Shown here: one piece after another, positions 1 to 10,968 of the stretch
Position numbering within the stretch: the first letter of the stretch is position 1
How the letters are laid out: each line of letters begins with the position of its first letter
DNA from: Haliotis cracherodii
Lineage: Eukaryota
NCBI RefSeq assembly: GCF_022045235.1
Contig: NW_027266279.1
Coordinates: 11,470,001 to 11,534,000, forward strand
DNA: 64,000 nt
Reading direction: 5' to 3'
The notes under the pieces: model-generated
Database searches by the model: none
What the model was told of the DNA's origin: nothing
Seen by the model: the letters and a program-made list of their open reading frames with translations, nothing else
Made by a program: the position numbers and the translations under genes

Positions 1-416
1 TTCGAAACATCCGCAAGGGGGATCACTCGAAACTGCTTTTTGTATTTAAGTCCATGGGCTACAAAAGCGAAAAGAAATGTCGTTTTAGGCCATGATATGA
101 AACACTGATGGAATTAAATGTTTTGTATACATTCATGGTAAGGTTGGGAGGTTACAGTGCATGTGTATCGTTAGTCATGCTATCAACCACTGGTTAGCAT
201 GGCCCAGACTGGTTAATTTACCAACTGTATTGGAAATACTTCTGACAGCGATGTAAAACAGCTAATTCACTTATTCCAGACATTTCAAGAGGGTAGATGG
301 ATTCTGTCCGACGCCACCCTTGTCTGGAGAAACACTCATGTTGTACTGTAACGGAAACAAAAAGAAACTTGGAATTTAATCGGAATAAGAAGAGAACATA
401 GTCTATCCACACTTTC

Positions 417-500
417 GAAGCCCATTTCTGGTGTCACTCGCCGTGATATTGCTGGAATATCGCTAAAAGCAGCGTAAAACCAAACTGACTCACTCACTCA
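417..500 (+). mobile_element. SINE family A, 5'-truncated
   Basis: 3' half of family A with 14-bp TSD ctatccacactttc (403-416, 501-514). Confidence 0.88.
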
Positions 501-2612
501 CTATCCACACTTTCAGGTCACGTTCTGACCATGAAGCAAGGCTTTGTGTATAACATGCACATGGCGAGTCCTTGGATGCACTTAGCGTGTAGTGTCATTA
601 TCCTGAATATATCGGCAACCTGTGATGTTATGATTTTGCCAAATGGCATTAGAAGCGAACATTATTTACATAATTTTTCATATTTCTATACATCTAATCT
701 GTCTGTTCTGAAGTTCTAATAAGGGGTCGTATAAAAACCAAACATGATGTATTATGCTCGAAATCGAGTATACCAACATTCGTGTTCTGTCGGCCTCACT
801 TGCATGTCACTATCTGATTATTCTGAAGAATTTTCAGAGGGAAAGAAACCGCTATTAAAAACCTCAGGGATATAGGCTAAATTATTTAAGAACTGAATTT
901 TGTGTGATTTTAACACAGAAACACCACACACGTATTTTGAGACGGCCACCAAGTTGCATGACGGAAAGCATTAGTGTGAAACGCAACACCTCGCCGTAAC
1001 CTACCACTTCAACAATACACTCATATTGAAAGGAAATACTGCTAAACAGTTGTTGTTAAGGCTTATCGGCCACTTCCAGTAAAACACATATACTTTGGTC
1101 GTTTGGATCAAACAAAAAGCTTAAATAGTCGACAGGTATATTTTCACCGCGACCGTGTGTTTGCGTCGTTAACTGAAGAAGGTCACGAGTTCACAAAAAT
1201 ATATCCCCCCCCCCCCCTCCCAACAGAGAGAGAGAGAGAGAGTTAAATCACTAAAATGTCAATCCTTGGTTTTTTTAGGTTGATGCACACAATAGTCTAA
1301 CATTTATCATTATTTTTTTAATGTTTGTAAACAGCCATACGATAAACTACTCAAAAGAGGTCAAGTGCCACCCGATTCGGGTAGTCGGGTATTTCTTTTG
1401 AGAAGTACATATATTCTAAGACAGAAGACAATATTTCCTTCTTCGCTTCCCACAAACCGTACATCTTTTGAAATATACGAGTATAAAGCTAGTTTGGGTT
1501 TTTTTAGGTGCAGAAGGGGTGTTCGTGTGAGTGAGTGGTTGTTAGTGTTGGAAGCAAATGCCTACTGCGCATGTGCAAGGAGCATTACGATGACGCAGTG
1601 TCAGCTGATTTTTCACTTCAGAAGGCGCAAATGGTCGAGCCTGCAAATGGTGACATAAATCCAAACCGACATTGTAAGAAGATTGATCAAGCCAGATCTT
1701 ATCTTTTCTTTAAAAAAATGTCTGGTTGGTGTCGTGTTCAGAGTTTTAAAAAACTGTTTAGACTTTCAAAGGATATGTATGTGTCTCGACAAACCTTACT
1801 CCCTTGGTACATTCGGCAACATGCGTATTCTGTTATGACCGAACACTTATCACTGATTATGCTGCGCAGTGTGGTGTTATTATAATTTCTTCTTAACAAT
1901 ACATCGCGCGAAACCACGAAATGAAACGTTTTGTTCGTAAACGCCCTATCCAGAAAAAAATCCAGATTAACTGATAAAACTGTTTTCGTTCCATGCATGG
2001 CAGTCTAAGCTGGCCTGTAGAACGTCAGGTCATTTCACAATCAAACAGGCTGCAATCAAAACAAGGGGAGGTAAGCACTGTTTCAGCAAAGATATTAACT
2101 TTGACCCAGGGCCAGTTATTTGTTGTGGTTATTATGAACGAGCACAGTATTACATCCACTTGAGTATGTTTATGTATCCATTAGCCATGTTTGGCGACCC
2201 AAGAGGAATATTTCAAAGTAACAAAAGGCATGTTTGAAACCTGTGAAATAATTCTCACCCTTCCGTTGTTGAGAAATTGTTTCCACAAAAAGAAAGCCGT
2301 TGTTCCGGTCATGTTATCGTGGATCTAGAGTGTGGTGTTTAATGTACAGCAGACCAGAGAGACTGGAAAACAGCCTAAGAAAAAAACCAACGGATGGTTG
2401 TGTCATTTGTCTAAAGAAACTTTACATTTTAACGCCGAACGAATTGATGAGGATATAAACCCTAGTATACAAAGGAGAAGGGCAAAATACACAAAACTTC
2501 GATGCGAAATAATAGCCTGATTACCGTACGGACAGTGAGAACGAAGTGTTGAACTTATTGGACAAGACCAAGGATTGATAACCAGCAAATACACACCAAC
2601 TATTTCTTCAAA

Positions 2613-5600
2613 ATGCACCACATTACTGTTGTCGTCTGCTTTTTACTCATCAAATCATCCATGCCCCTGAGCCAACCTGCTGGATGTAATTACAAAGATG
2701 GACTGTTCACCTGCGGGTTCAAAACTTCGATTCCTCTTAATGCCGTTGGGTTCGACCCTCGACCACAGAGACTAGTTATTAATGACGTGAACGGCCCCAT
2801 AACGGGATCGTCGTTTACAAACTTCGCTCAAGTAAACACCTCGACATTTGACCCTAACTACGCATCTTCCTTAACTATCGTCTGTGTCGCTGGTGGGTCA
2901 GCCGTGCTCAGTTTGTATAATTCCTCTTTTGAGGGCATGGGTTTTTATCAGGACGTCCGGATTATGAATTGCCAGTTCAACAGCGTCCCGCCTGGAGCTT
3001 TTACAAACCTTGGAACTGTCAATTTGTTAAGTTTAGAAGGCGGTACCATCGACAACCTCGACGTAAACGCGTTTCTTGGCGTGAACATCAAGAAAGATAC
3101 GACCATCCCTAACCCAAGGGGAGAATTCGCTTTGTCCAACACCAAACTTGCGCAGGGAGGTTTGAGTCGCGGTGTCCTTGACCCCTTCACGGAGGCCAGC
3201 GTTCTTACGTTGAACAATTGTCGTATTCGGGTCATAGACTTGGCGTTGTTTAGCAAGATGAAGTATCTCACTCGTATCAGCCTGGACAACAATCCTTTCA
3301 CCTACGTCGGCAACAACATCTTCAGCGGACTGGAGAGTCTGAGAAGGATCAGTATGGACAACGTGCCATGGAGATGTTCCTGTGCTGCGTTGTGGTTCCT
3401 GCAGTTTGCTGCGGACAAGGGGATTGACCTGCAGGGCGACATGATGTGTTCATTCCCAAAGGAATATGACCGTGAGTAATTTAATTATATATTACACGTT
3501 TATAGAACGCAACTGTCTGCTGAAATGCGCTGCTGTGAATACCTTTGTCAATACGCCGATCCTTTGTCAATACGCCTATCTATGAGGCGTGTTGCTTTTT
3601 CTGTAACTAGGTAGTTGAAGGTGTCACTTTCTCCACCATCTGGAGTCAGTGCCCAGTTCACATGGGATGAGATGGGTGAACATCTAGGATGCAACTACGC
3701 ACTGGTCCCTTAAGCCCCCTTTACACAGGGCAGCGACCTTTGTGCCATCTTTGAGCGATCAAAAACTGGCCAGGACGTTCAAAGGTCGCCTAAACCCAGA
3801 AAATCATGTTTCTATGTAATTGCTGAAGCAGGTGTTCAGCAGTAACTGCTCGAGTTGTGCAGCGTCTGCAATCACAATGAAACACTCAAGGGTTGCCGTG
3901 GTCACCGAATGGAGTCACGGCGGTCGCCACAGTCTTCGTTCAATGCACGTTGTTGGTCGCTCAAAGGAGGCACAAGGGAGGCAGAAGCATCACCCAGATA
4001 AAAGGGAAAACTTACCTGGCGACAATTGGGCGACCACTGTGCCTTCATTCTGCAACAACGGTAATGCTTATGCCTCCCTTCTGCTTCCTTTGAGCAACCA
4101 ATCTCCTCAACGACCTTTGTGCGACTGTTTTGAACATGTGCAAAAATTCACGGCGTCCATGGCGATGTCTGAACCTCCTGTGTACCACCTTGGAACGACC
4201 TAGGCAACCACTCTGCCTCCTGTGAGCCTCCAACGACGACCTGGCAAATTTTATGGTCGCACTCTGGAGGCACGAAGGTCGCCATCCTGTATAAAAGCCC
4301 CATTAGGAACCAACCATTTGATATTGTGTGCGTGCGCGCGCGCGTGTGTGTGTGTGCGCGTGCGAGTGCGAGTGCGTGTGCGTGTGCGTGTGGCTGGATT
4401 TCAGCGACAAAAAATTGTTCCCGAAAACTTTGGAAAAAAATAGATTCAGCATCATATTAGCTCGTGGTTTAACCATCCCTGACCTGCGTCACTTGACTTG
4501 CATTCGCGCGGTGAATCAGGGAATCTTGGTAGCCAAGGGACTTAACTCTACGCTGCTGCTTCTCGTTAGACAACTGGGTGCCGTTGAACAAAGCGATCTT
4601 AGCGCTAAGGTGATCGTAACTCCCATACCTTAACACTGACTTACGACAGTCATAGCGCTAAGGTGGTTTTGTACAACGGCACCCTGGGCGATCAGTGTCC
4701 ATTTTTAACATAAGGACTATTCTGGCTTAGAAACATTGCCATACCAGATATGATCGTTCGGAACGTCAGATTTCTAAATCAGCAATATTCGCTATCTGTA
4801 CCGTAATAATTATATCCTCCCTTTACAATGTTCTGTTCTGAAGCATGAATGTAAATAAGTCTCATGTCTGGATTGTTGCAGGGAGACGCATCACAACGTA
4901 TCAGACCAAGGAATGCGGGGCGGTGGTGGCTTGTCCTGCTGGGCTAATGCCGAGTGAGTACGCTTATACCTGTACAACAGACCCGTGAAGATCCGGGGTT
5001 GAATAGGTCTTCAGCAACCCATTCTTGCCGTAAAAGGTGACTATGCTTGTGGTAAGAGGTGACTTACGGGATCGGGTGGTCAGGCTCGCCGACTTGGTTG
5101 ATGCATGTCATCATGATATCAATCACTGGATTGTCTGGTCCAGACTCGATTATTTACAGACCGCCGTCGAATAGCTGGAATATTGCGGCGTTAAACAACA
5201 AACCAACCAACCAACCAACTAACCTGTACAACAACATGAGTGATCAGTGTTGTCATTACAGTATCATTGTTAACATCAACAATACCGAACAGCGCAACGC
5301 CTGTAGAGCTATGTTAAGTATGTGTGCGACCGTGTTTGGATTCTGGGCCCCCTTCCCAAAAGCGATCGTAGCGCTACGACTGCCGTAAGTCTATGTCAAA
5401 GTATGGGAGTTACGGTCGTCTTAGCGCTAATATCGCTTTGTGGAACGGGCCCCTGGTCAGAAGAGACTTCCATTACCCATGTTAATCGTATACAACTTGT
5501 GTCATTTTTACGCCAACGCTGAATATTCTTTTTGAAAACAGCCTCACACAAAACTCCTTTAATGCGTATTCTATAGAAGGACATATTAGGTATTATACCA

Positions 5601-6147
5601 TGAATTTGGAATTTACTCGATTCTGATTGGTCAACCAGGCTATTAAATCACAATAAACCCCTCTGATTGAAAAACCTGGTTTGACAGCTGCATTACCGCG
5701 GAAGCTAATATTCACAGAATAGTACTATTTTTCAGTCATTGTCGTTAGGCAATTACAGGTTACAAAGTGCACAGATGCGGTTACTACAATATTCAAAGGA
5801 TGTGTGGCAATACATTTCGTGCATAAAAACACGCTGCGCGTTCGGTTCCAAATTCAATTTAGCGGGGTTAAAGCTACAGGTAACCTAGCTCTACATTGAA
5901 AACACAGTATGTTCATCTCCTAAATGTGGCCTTCTATCGTGTGTTCGCAGTGTCCGGGATTTGTCTCACGTGGTTACAGATCCTCTCCTTCAGCATCACC
6001 TTCTTCTCCTTCACCGTCGTTGTCGCCTGCGTCGCCTTCATCCTCAAGAACAGACGCGACATATGCAAGAAGCTGCCCACGAAGACTCCAGTCAAGTCTG
6101 TGAACGGACACAGAGCCGCACCCAGAAGAGTCACACCCTATATATAA
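2613..6147 (+). CDS. Type I transmembrane leucine-rich-repeat protein, 3 exons (2613-3471, 4882-4953, 5951-6147), 375 aa
   Basis: Signal peptide MHHITVVVCFLLIKSS, N-terminal Cys cap, LRRs (LTLNNCRIRVI, ISLDNNPFTYV, ISMDNVPW), LRRCT (WRCSCAALWF...MMCSFP...KEC). Canonical GT-AG phase-1 introns join the exons in frame. TM helix WLQILSFSITFFSFTVVVACVAFIL, then a short basic tail with no TIR domain. AATAAA at 7135. Confidence 0.88.
3713..4302. mobile_element. Non-autonomous DNA transposon in LRR intron 1
   Basis: Imperfect TIRs tttacacagggcagcgacctt / aaggtcgccatcctgtataaa with TAA/TTA flanks; GC-rich interior with repeated ggtcgc/gcgacc motifs. Confidence 0.6.
4326..4392. repeat. Alternating purine-pyrimidine (TG/CG) microsatellite
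   Basis: gtgtgcgtgcgcgcgcgcgtgtgtgtgtgtgcgcgtgcgagtgcg...; Z-DNA-prone composition. Confidence 0.9.
4577..4683. mobile_element. Palindromic MITE of about 107 bp (PIF/Harbinger-like, CWG TSD)
   Basis: TIR ggtgccgttg/caacggcacc flanked by ctg...ctg. Relatives at 5346-5452 (also ctg TSD), about 58660-58765, and degraded at about 15920-16030. Confidence 0.8.
4980..5221 (+). mobile_element. SINE-like family C (no tRNA head; begins GACCCGTGAAGATCCGGGG; (AAAC/CAAC)n tail)
   Basis: 12-bp TSD acctgtacaaca. Other copies or fragments at about 13059-13318, 14284-14530, 29163-29392(-), 35488-35688(-), 38300-38425, 42480-42685(-), 43431-43690, 45015-45277, 45461-45605, 45770-45860, 46069-46259, 46527-46676, 54155-54332 and 54692-54898. 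Confidence 0.9.
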
Positions 6148-6706
6148 CAGTCAAACATTATGTCAGTTGATCAGTGTCCCTTAGTAAAACGGCCACTCTC
6201 AGTTTATCTGTCCCTCTCAGTAAAATTAGCTCTAGGTTTATCAGTGTCCTTCAGTAAAGCGGCTCCTCTCAGTAAAACAAACTCTCAGTCTTTCTTAGTT
6301 TGTCAGCCTCTCTCAGTAAAATAGTCTCTCTCTGTAAAATTGTCTGTCTCAGTTAAACAGTACCTCTCAGTAAAACGTTACCTTCGTTTATCAATGTCTT
6401 TCAGTAGAACAATACAACGGCCTTGTAAAAAACATTCCCTCACAGTAATACAACCCCAAGACAATATTTATCCAGTTCTAGTATAACATTCTTGGCGAAT
6501 ACAAACACGTAATTACTTTGGTTCAGTCTGGGATTATAATCGCCAGGACTCGTGAGAGGCGTCTAGTTGGACCGGTTGGTCAATGTCGTTGACGTGCTTA
6601 ATGATGTGGGACGTTCAACATGTCGACCACTAGATTGGCAGGCCCTTGACAATTTGTATTGTCGGACTATTGCTTAGTTCGGTGGGGTATGCTTCATATT
6701 GGTATA

Positions 6707-6842
6707 GGGGCGGTCGGGTAGCCTAGTGGTTGAAGCGTTCGCTCGTCACGGCGAAGACAATGTGTGAAGCCCATTTCTGGTGTCCCCCGCCGTGATATTG
6801 CTGGAATATTGCTAAAACTGGCGTAAAACCATACTTACTCAC
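6707..6842 (+). mobile_element. SINE family A with internal deletion, in the LRR gene 3' region
   Basis: 13-bp TSD tcatattggtata (6694-6706, 6843-6855); B box deleted. Confidence 0.88.
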
Positions 6843-7989
6843 TCATATTGGTATAATGTACTGCAAGGTGCGGAGGTAGGGGAGGGAACTCTAGTCAACT
6901 TAAGATAACCGAATGTTTACTGAAACCGCTGTCCTGATAAACTGACTTCCACTGTTTTTGACATCTTACATCTTTTCCTTGCCAATTCGGCATCCTTTGA
7001 TTTGGGCCTGTGGCACTTCTAAACCCTTTCTCCGACTAAATGACCAGTACTATATCGTGGAAAGCTTTCAACAAGGCCATGTTTGTTTGCAGTGAAAACT
7101 ATATTCAGATGTATCTAAATCTAGGTTGAGTGTCAATAAAGCAATACAGCATTAAGTGATTACTTTTCTCTTCTGTCGGACTTCCGTTATCAGACTGGGA
7201 GCACATACAGTAGAGCACCTAGGGAACTCTTACACGCCTTGAGGGGGCCACGGGCCACGGCCTCGTCTTTGGCGCCGCAATTCCGGCACGACAAAAAAAC
7301 TATGATTGTGGGTTCGAATCCCGGTTCGCCCCGATTATGTTCTAAGTTTGTCAGCACCAAACCCGTGCTCGTGGGTTTCACCCAAGTGGTAAACGTCTGA
7401 GACCTGCATCACTTCGGGCTTTCCTCCCACATTAAGCTGACACGCCGTGATATAAGCAGAATACTGTTGTCGTTCCTGGTAAGCATAGGTAAACAGAGCC
7501 CTATTTTTGGTCATGTGACTTGACGGATTGTGGTTTGTTCCCCCGATCACGTAGGACGTTGATCATCCTTTTAACCTATGTTGTTTCAGGTAAAGGATTT
7601 TTTACTGGCCACCGTTATATAAAATAAAAGCAATTCAGATACCGGTGTCATGTGCTTTTCATGGTAATTTGAAAAAAATGTTTTTCAAATATGTCTACGA
7701 TTCTCAATTTTATTGTCTCCATATATCTGAGTCACAGTAAAACAATTATGGCGCTTGTCATCATCATCTGTTTCCGTTTCTCTTCATTCAGTTGGAAGGA
7801 GGAGTATCCTGACAAAATGTTTAAGCGGCGCTCAATTTGATTCGTGCGGATGACAATTTTATTCAACGGCGACGCGCTGGTAATTTTAGCTTCAGAACAC
7901 CAAGCTCCACCCCAGCGCATGCTACCTTCATCTCTACCAAAGGGTGGAGAACATGGAAAGAGTTACGGCTGTGAGGAGCTTGCGATGAC

Positions 7990-8155
7990 ACATGCCGTGA
8001 CGTCACGACAATCAGACCGCCCTAGTGATCGCTGAGGCTTGGTTACGTTGCTGTCAGCTCTGTACCCAAAGCTGCGTTTTACGTGATTATTGAAGAGACT
8101 GGGTTGTATTAATTTGGAAAAGATATTTATTGATACACACCATCAACTTAGGACG
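7990..8155 (+). promoter_or_regulatory. Promoter plus non-coding first exon of paralog A (CRE palindrome TGACGTCA at 7998-8005; donor after 8155)
   Basis: Aligns with the reverse complement of 36374-36525 (tgacgtcacgacaatcagacc...tagtgatcgc...acgttgctg.cagctctgtacc...atacacaccatca...g|GTAAG), while the surrounding DNA does not align. The coding exon starts right after an AG acceptor, so an upstream exon is expected. Confidence 0.65.
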
Positions 8156-8498
8156 GTAAGATTAGCTTTAAATACTTTTTTTTCAAGAAACAGACACAAT
8201 CACGAGCCCTTGATTAGAATATGCTATTGAAAACAACATCTGCAACATTAATGCAATTATTAATCATAAAGAAGGTCTTTTTATAACTATATATTGACAT
8301 GGAAGATTGTTTAGATTATGTATTATTAAACAACGAAAGATTAGCCACAGAACCTTTAACCTCTGGTATACCGTTATATTTTGTTCATGTAAACTATTCT
8401 TAAACATCGTCAAAAACATTCAAATATTTAGAGGGTTAAAAAGTATGTTGTTATTTTTGTTTATTTGATTAATTCTATAATTTATGTGTCTCCTTTAG

Positions 8499-10968
8499 AT
8501 GGGTCGGTTGCTACGCAAGATAGCAATGAGAGCCGGGACACAGGTTCTGTCTCCCATACCGGAGTTGCCCGAAGGGTCCCGATCTCCTACCCCAGTGAAT
8601 GGTAAGTTGCTCGAAATATCCGCAAGGTCCATCAATGGGTGAGTTGTCAGGCAATAGAAACATCTATATCATATACTGTTTGAAAATAATAGATTAAAAT
8701 ATATATAAGCATGTGGTCTCAATTTTGAGATATACGATTCATTACCAGTTAAAATATCTTCATATTTTGTGCTCTTGACATAAAAAGCCGTCATCTGTTG
8801 ATAAAGTGAGATAAAATGCAAGTAAGATCATATTTGTTCAAAATCCATCGTTAGTGATGCTCCCGCAACCTTTAGTTTTTTGTTTTATGAATTGGTCATT
8901 AGGTTTGTGGCGATACTTTTTGCAAAGAAACATATGACAAGTTGTTTTAAACTGCATGTTCTTCATTATAACTACTCCAGTACTCGTGTCTAGTTGATGT
9001 TATTCTGTAATTAATTCAACCAATCATTGTTCTGTTTCACGCAGATGCTTTCAAGACAAGTCCAAAGAGGCCAGAAAGCCCAAAACTCAGCGAAGAGGAA
9101 TGGTAGGCTCTGTTGGCACTTTCAGTATTGGCAGACAGAACGATCATAAAATGTTTCTTGTCTTTGGCTACTTTAGTAGTTCTGAAGTAGTTCTAAAGTA
9201 GTTCTTTGGTAATAACTACTTTTTAGTTCTTCAGTAATAAGTAAAATGGGGGTTAAATTATTCTTGTCCCTTACCCCGCCCGTCAAGCAATATATGTCAA
9301 CTTTTTCCACATACTTTGTGACCATATTTGTCAACGCATCTGAATTCCAATTCAACATTTCACAAGCGCCATTTGAATTTGAGGAGATGCACCAAACGCA
9401 GAATTAACAAAATGTTTAATTTAGAATTGCTTTTGATTCTTGTGAACCATCCACGTGAGATCGTTAATTTCGATTGAGTGTGACAAGTCATGTCTAAAAC
9501 TTTGCAATCAATCTAGGGTTAGGTCATATTGCCCCCGCCCTGGCAAAGTGTCTCCAATACACCAGTTATTAACTTTAACATTAATCCTCAGTGTTATCTT
9601 ACGACTATTCGATCTTGTGTAACCCATTAGTTTGATATTTCAAGCTTAGAAAATAAGTTCGTTCATAAAGAAACAGTGTATTTTCGCTTATATAATGTTT
9701 TATTAAAATCTACCAACAACATGTTAATTTTTAAGTCTTGTTTTCTTTTTCTTATATTCGGTTGTTAAAAAATCTAAAGTCCTAGCTTTGTCTTTTACAT
9801 TTTTATATCTTGATGATGTCATCCCTACTTCATTTGTTTCATTGACCAGCAATCAAACTATAATTAAGACATGTCGCCTTTTCGCGAACACCTGGTATCA
9901 TCATTATTTTATAGTGATTCACGATAGTCGGAATCGTGCTATCGCCTCTGCTTTCAGCAGAGATTTCCTATGAATATGGAAAGGGTTTTGTCGCTTATAT
10001 TTACGTTGCTCATGTGTGTACTGATCATTTATAGTTCACTCTTTTCTTTGACCTAAAATCAGCGATAATTAAGACTGATCTTACGTTGCCCACATCTCTG
10101 TTGATTATTAAATGTTTATTCTTTTCATTGAGCAATAACCAGAAATGATTAAGACTTGTCTTCACGTTGCCAACTATCTGATGAAAACATCCCCGTCTGC
10201 TCTTACAGCTTCATGAAGCACCTTCAGAGTCTCGCTGCGGACTACAAAAAGGAGATGGAACAGGTGGGAAGACAACTCCGTGTGATGCAGAGAAGAAATG
10301 CCCGGATTGAGAAGAACGCCGAATTCTACCACGTAGAATACGACAACTACAAGCGGAACTGGGACAAAAACCAGGAGAAGATTCTGGGACTGAAGACGCG
10401 TCTGGACAAATACCAGCCGCTGAAGAAGGTCATTGACAGGTTGCATTCCCTCCAAGATGAAAACAAGCGGCTGAGGGCCTCTTATTTCCAGACTGTTCTG
10501 GACAACAATTTTCTGAGGAAAACCTGGAAGAACATGGAAGGGGAAGAGATTGAGAATGAGGAATTTCCGGATGTTGAGAACATGAGAGAGGCAATAGTTC
10601 CAAGACCTCCCACAGCTCCCGACAAGGGCCGGGCGGGATCAGCCAGACGACGCCCATACACTGGCAGGTCCAGGGAGGATCGGCCTCATCTGCCGCCTAT
10701 CACAGAGAACAACAAAACGGTCACACCTCACAAGCAGACGACAGCTGAATCACCTGAGAAGAAACAAAGCAAATCTCCGGTTCATCTGCCACAACTCGGG
10801 ACAATGGTCCCCACTCCTCCAACAGGTCCACGGAGAAATGCTCCCAGCAGACGACAGAGCAGAATTCCACTGGCCTTACCACCAATCCGTGGTGCGACTT
10901 CTGTGGATAGTCTTCGGCTTCCCCGCCAGGGTGTGCAGGATATTGGCCGCAAGTTCCGGGATCTGTAA
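8499..10968 (+). CDS. Uncharacterised coiled-coil / Pro-Arg-Ser-rich protein, paralog A; coding exons 8499-8601, 9045-9102, 10209-10968 (306 aa)
   Basis: The spliced frame MGRLLRKIAMRAGTQVLSPIPELPEGSRSPTPVND-AFKTSPKRPESPKLSEEEC-FMKHLQSL... is open with GT-AG introns. Exon lengths of 103 and 58 nt and splice phases are identical in paralog B. Most changed exon-1 codons between the copies are synonymous (6 of 9). Confidence 0.85.

Noticed and set aside
815-862. CTGAAGA...GAAAC hammerhead-like string
   Set aside because: Stems I and III cannot pair.
10156-10208. ORF-track start of the 270-aa ORF
   Set aside because: Non-ATG start inside intron 2; the real exon begins at the acceptor before 10209.
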